Source: the human T2T-CHM13v2.0 reference genome, Homo sapiens. From it: a DNA stretch of 64,000 nucleotides. Under the pieces are notes generated by a model. It saw only the letters and a program-made list of their open reading frames with translations, was not told where the DNA came from and did no database searches. The stretch lies in the NCBI GenBank assembly GCA_009914755.4, contig CP086569.2:28704001-28768000 (forward strand). Direction: 5' to 3'. This document shows positions 59,689 to 64,000 of the stretch, piece by piece (the stretch's first letter is position 1; each line of letters begins with the position of its first letter). A program made the translations under genes and the position numbers.

Positions 59689-62600
59689 TTGCATTCTATT
59701 CGAGTGATTTCCATTCGAGTCCTTTCCATTCGATTCCATTCCATTCTATTCCATTCCTTTGGATTCCATTCCATTCCGTTCCGTTCACATCAATTAATTG
59801 CGATTCCATTACATTCGATTTCTTGCCATTTGATTCCATTCCTTTTGACTCCATTTCATTCGATTCCATTCCATTCCATTAATTTCCATTCCATTCGAGA
59901 CCTTTCCATTGCAGTCTTTTCCCTTCGAGTCCATTCCGTTCGATTCCCTTCTATTCGATTCCATTCCATTGGAGTCCGTACCAGTCGAGTCCATTCTATT
60001 CCAGTCCATTAGTTTCGACTCCATTGCATTCGAGTGCATTCCATTCCGTGGCTGTCCATTCCATTCCGTTTGATGCCATTCCATACGATTCCATTCAATT
60101 CGAGACCATTCTATTCCTGTCCATTCCTTGCGGTTCGATTCCATTTCACTCTAGTCCATTCCATTCCATTCAATTCCATTCGACTCTATTCCGTTCCATT
60201 CAATTCCATTCCATTCGATTCCATTTTTTTCGAGAACCTTCCATTACACTCCCTTCCATTCCAGTGCATTCCATTCCAGTCTCTTCAGTTCGATTCCATT
60301 CCATTCGTTTAGATTCCTTTCCATTCCAGCCCATTCCATTCCATTCCATTCCTTTCCTTTCCGTTTCATTAGATTCCATTGCATTCCATTCCATTCAATT
60401 CAATTCCGTGCTATTCAATTTGATTCACTTCCATTTAATTCCATTCCATTAGATTCCATTCCGTACGATTCCATTCCTTTTGAATCCATTCCATTGGAGT
60501 CCATTCACTTCCAGAACATTCCATTCCAGTCGAATCCATTCGAGTACATTCCATTAAAGTTCATTACATTCTAATACATTCCATTCCATTGCATTCCATT
60601 CCATTCCATTCGATGCCATTCGATTCCATTCCATGCCAAATCATTGCATTCCTTTCCATTCCGTTCCTATCAATTCCATTCCATTCGATTTAGTTCGATT
60701 CTATTCACTTCCATTCCATTCGATTCCATTCCATTGGAGTCAATTCCTTTCGACACCCAGCCTTTGCAGTCAATGATTTTGGATTCCATTTTTTTGCATT
60801 CCATTACATTCTATGACATTCGATTCCGTTTCATTGCATTCCATTCCATACATTTTTATTCCATTCGAGACCGTAGCATTCCACTTTATTCCAGGCCTGT
60901 CCATTACACTACATTCCCTTCCATTCCAATGAATTCCATTCCATTCCAATCCATTCCTTTCCTTTCGCTTGCATTCCATTCTATTCCCTTCTACTGCATA
61001 CAATTTCACTCCATTCGTTCCCATTCCATTCAATTCCATTCCATTCAATTCCATTCCATTTGTTTCCATTCTCTTCGATTCCATTTCTTTATATTCCATG
61101 CCATTCGATTCCATTCTAATGGATTGCATTACATTCGTGTTCATTCCATTCCAGACCATTCCATTTGACTCCATTCCTTTCGAGCCCTTTCAATTTGAGT
61201 CCATTCCTTTCCAGTCCATTTCACTCCAGTCCATTACTATCCATTCCATACCATTCCATCCCATTCCATTCCATTCCATTCCATTCCATTCCATTCCATT
61301 CCATTGCATTCCATTCCATTCCATTCCATTGCACTGCACTCCATTCCATTACATTCTACTCTATCTGAGTCGGTTTTATTGCATTAGATTCTATTCCATT
61401 GGATTACTTTCCATTCGATTACATTCCATTCATGTACATTCCATTCCAGTCAATTACATTCGAGTTCATTACATTACATTCCAGTATATTCCATTGTATT
61501 CGATCCCATTCCTTTCAATTCCATTTCATTCGACTCCATTATATTCGATTCCATTCCACTCGAATCCATTCCATTAGAGGACATTCCATTCCAATGCATT
61601 CCATTCCATTCCATAACATTCCATTGCATTCGATTCCATTCCATTTGATGCCATTCCATTTGATGCCATTCCATGACATTCCATTCCATTCGAGTCCATT
61701 CCGTTCCAATTCATTCCATTCCTTTTCATGAAATTCGAGTCCTTTCCAGTACATTTCATTCCAATCCCATCCAATCCAATCTACTCCATTCAATTCCTTT
61801 CCATTCCATTTGATTAGATTCCATTGATTTGATTCCATTCAGTTTGATTCCATTCCGTGAAATTTCGTTCCATTCTATTCCATTGCATTACTTTCCATTC
61901 AATTCCATTCCATTTCATTTCAGTCCATTCGCTTCCTTTCCTTTCGATTCAATTCCATTTGATTCCACTCCATTCTATGCGATTTCATTCCAATCGATTC
62001 AATTCCATTCGATGACATTCCTTTCGTTTCCATTCCATTCGAGTCCATTCAATTTGAGCATTCGTGTCCATTCTATTCGAGTCCATTCCATTACCGTCTA
62101 TTCTATTCCCTTCCATTCCTGTTGATTCAATTTCATTCCCTTCTATTCGATTCCTTTCCATTCGATTCCATTCCTTTCCATTCCATTCCATTCGTTCCCA
62201 TTCCATCTGATTTCATTCCATTCCAGTCCATTATATTCGAGTCCACTCCACTCCATTCTATTACATTCAATTCCTTTTGAGTCCGTTCCATAACACTCCA
62301 TTAATTTCGATTCCATTTCTTGCCAGTTTTCTTCCATTTTATTCCATTCCGTTCGATTCCATTCCATTCGATTGCATTCCATTCGAATCCTTTCCATTCC
62401 ATTTCATTCCATTCCTTTCTATTCCATTCCATTTCATTCGATTTGATTCCATTCTGTTCTATTCCATTCAATTCTTTTTCATTCCATTCGAATCCTTTCT
62501 ATTGCAGTCCATTCCATTCGAGTCCATTCCAGTCCCTTCCATTCCATTCCATTACAGTCCATTGCAATAGATTCCATTCCTTTGCCTTCCATTCGAATCC

Positions 62601-63252
62601 ATTCCATTCTAGTCCATTCCATTTGAGTCAATTCCATTCCATTCCATTCTATTCCTTTCCAATCCATTCGATTCCATTCGATTCAATTCCATTTGATTCT
62701 CTTTCATTCTATTTTATTCCATGCCATTTGATTGCATTGCATTCCATTCCGTTTGATTCCAGTCCATTCAAGAAAGTTCCATTCCAGTCCATTGCTTTCC
62801 AGTCTATTCCATTCCACTCTAGTCTATTCCACTCCATTCCTTTCCATTCCATTCCATACTATTCCATTCCATTCCTTTGCATTCCGTTTCCAATCTATTC
62901 GAGTCCATTGCATTCCAGTCCAATCCATTCGATTACATTCCTTTTGATTCCCTGCCAGTCGATTGCATTGCATACTACACCATTCCAAAGGAGTCCATTC
63001 CATTCTATCTCAACACTTTCCATTCCACTCTGTTCGAGTCCATTCCATTCCAGTCCATTTAATTCAAGGGCATTCCATTCCATTCCATTCCATTCCATTT
63101 CATATTATTCCATTCCATTCAATTCCATTCCAGATGATTCCATTCCATTCTATACCATTGCTCTCTGTTCCATTCCATTCCATCTGTCTCCATTCCTTTC
63201 GTTTCGATTCCTTTCCATTCCATTCCATTACATTTGATCCTATTTTATTAAA
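59689..63252 (+). repeat. HOR unit U18 (3,564 bp), copy of U4
   Basis: Same length as U4 and identical ORF-track translations. Confidence 0.8.
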
Positions 63253-64000
63253 TTGCATTCTATTCGAGTGATTTCCATTCGAGTCCTTTCCATTCGATTC
63301 CATTCCATTCTATTCCATTCCTTTGGATTCCATTCCATTCCGTTCCGTTCACATCAATTCCTTGCGATTCCATTACATTCGATTTCTTGCCATTCGATTC
63401 CATTCCTTTTGACTCCATTTCATTCGATTCCATTCCATTCCATTAATTTCCATTCCATTCGAGACCTTTCCATTGCAGTCTTTTCCCTTCGAGTCCATTC
63501 CGTTCGATTCCCTTCCATTCGATTCCATTCCATTGGAGTCCGTACCAGTCGAGTCCATTCTATTCCAGTCCATTAGTTTCGACTCCATTGCATTCGAGTG
63601 CATTCCATTCCGTGGCTGTCCATTCCATTCCGTTTGATGCCATTCCATACGATTCCATTCAATTCGAGACCATTCTATTCCTGTCCATTCCTTGCGGTTC
63701 GATTCCATTTCACTCTAGTCCATTCCATTCCATTCAATTCCATTCGACTCTATTCCGTTCCATTCAATTCCATTCCATTCGATTCCATTTTTTTCGAGAA
63801 CCTTCCATTACACTCCCTTCCATTCCAGTGCATTCCATTCCAGTCTCTTCAGTTCGATTCCATTCCATTCGTTTAGATTCCTTTCCATTCCAGCCCATTC
63901 CATTCCATTCCATTCCTTTCCTTTCCGTTTCATTAGATTCCATTGCATTCCATTCCATTCAATTCAATTCCGTGCTATTCAATTTGATTCACTTCCATTT
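63253..64000 (+). repeat. HOR unit U19 (partial, 748 bp), copy of the start of U5
   Basis: ORF-track translations identical to 14297-15044. Confidence 0.75.

Larger units (their letters stand above)
1..64000. repeat. DYZ1: Satellite III-type (CATTC)n/(GGAAT)n pentameric satellite array organised in ~3.56-kb higher-order repeat units; best explained as human Y-chromosome DYZ1 (Yq12) family
   Basis: More than 90% of the window is CATTC and close derivatives (CATTG, CGTTC, CAATC, CATTCGATTC, CATTCGAGTCC). The same orientation holds on + throughout. Unique landmarks recur every ~3,564 bp, for example 'tcctattttattaaattgcattctattcgagtgatttcc' at 3592, 7160, 10733, 14297 and so on. There is one GAATTC per unit and one GGCC per unit. 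The DYZ1 assignment rests on the 3.56-kb HaeIII/EcoRI pentanucleotide unit as I recall it from the literature. Confidence 0.85.
48962..64000 (+). repeat. Super-repeat copy 2 (partial; right edge outside window)
   Basis: See copy 1. Unit lengths 3539/3568/3573/3564 mirror 3544/3568/3573/3564. Confidence 0.85.

Noticed and set aside
1-64000. Hundreds of ORFs of 60-430 aa on both strands in the supplied track (e.g. 13364-14281 at 305 aa, 16621-17835 at 404 aa, 40937-42229 at 430 aa)
   Set aside because: They are artefacts of the satellite. CATTC/GAATG repeats contain no stop codon in any frame, and the - strand has ATG every 15 nt. The products are low-complexity HSIPF.. / MEWNG.. repeats. ORFs overlap each other in all frames and on both strands. 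Their lengths change with single pentamer indels (e.g. the 404-aa ORF results from a single t-to-g change near 16891 that removes a TGA). There are no codon-usage, RBS/Kozak or conservation signals of real genes.
1-64000. CRISPR-like regularity (short direct repeats at fixed spacing)
   Set aside because: The repeats are 5-bp units with no unique spacers and no 25-40-bp repeat/spacer architecture. This is a eukaryotic satellite, not a CRISPR array.
1-64000. Alpha-satellite/centromeric identity (CENP-B box) or telomeric repeats
   Set aside because: No 171-bp periodicity, no CENP-B box (TTCGnnnnAnnCGGG) and no TTAGGG tracts. Periodicity is 5 bp and 3.56 kb.
1-64000. HSat2 rather than HSat3 classification
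   Set aside because: The array contains many CATTCGATTC/HinfI-type derivatives as HSat2 does. It also has long pure (CATTC)n runs and a 3.56-kb HOR with single EcoRI/HaeIII sites, which fit DYZ1/HSat3 better. Without a database comparison the HSat2 versus HSat3 subfamily label remains a reasoned call, not proven.
1-64000. Interspersed mobile elements (Alu/L1/HERV) or a unique-sequence island hiding a gene
   Set aside because: No stretch longer than a few tens of bp departs from the pentamer-derived pattern. The 'unique' landmarks recur in every unit and are part of the HOR.

Overview
The whole 64-kb window is one uninterrupted tandem satellite array built from the pentamer CATTC on the + strand (GGAAT on the - strand), i.e. 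human Satellite III-type DNA. I find no genes, RNA genes, mobile elements or CRISPR arrays.

The pentamers are organised into a higher-order repeat (HOR) unit of about 3.56 kb (unit lengths 3,539-3,583 bp). Each unit contains exactly one GAATTC (EcoRI) site and, in most units, one GGCC (HaeIII) site. That matches the classical description of the human Y-chromosome DYZ1 repeat of Yq12 heterochromatin (3.56-kb HaeIII/EcoRI unit made of TTCCA pentamers). This assignment is from memory of the literature, not from a database search.

Three larger structures sit on top of the 3.56-kb HOR:
- A near-perfect super-repeat with period about 48.96 kb: positions 1-15,044 are essentially identical to 48,962-64,000.
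- A nested dimeric 7.14-kb HOR from about 22.7 kb to about 41 kb.
- One unit carrying a roughly 0.9-kb internal deletion (39,233-41,905).

Every unit carries two perfect heat-shock-element trimers (nTTCnnGAAnnTTCn). This is interesting because HSF1-driven transcription of SatIII is established.

The hundreds of ORFs in the six-frame track are artefacts: (CATTC)n and its complement have no stop codons in any frame, and the - strand has an ATG every 15 nt. They give low-complexity HSIPF / MEWNG peptides. I see no evidence of a protein-coding or novel gene system. What is worth a second look is the satellite architecture itself.
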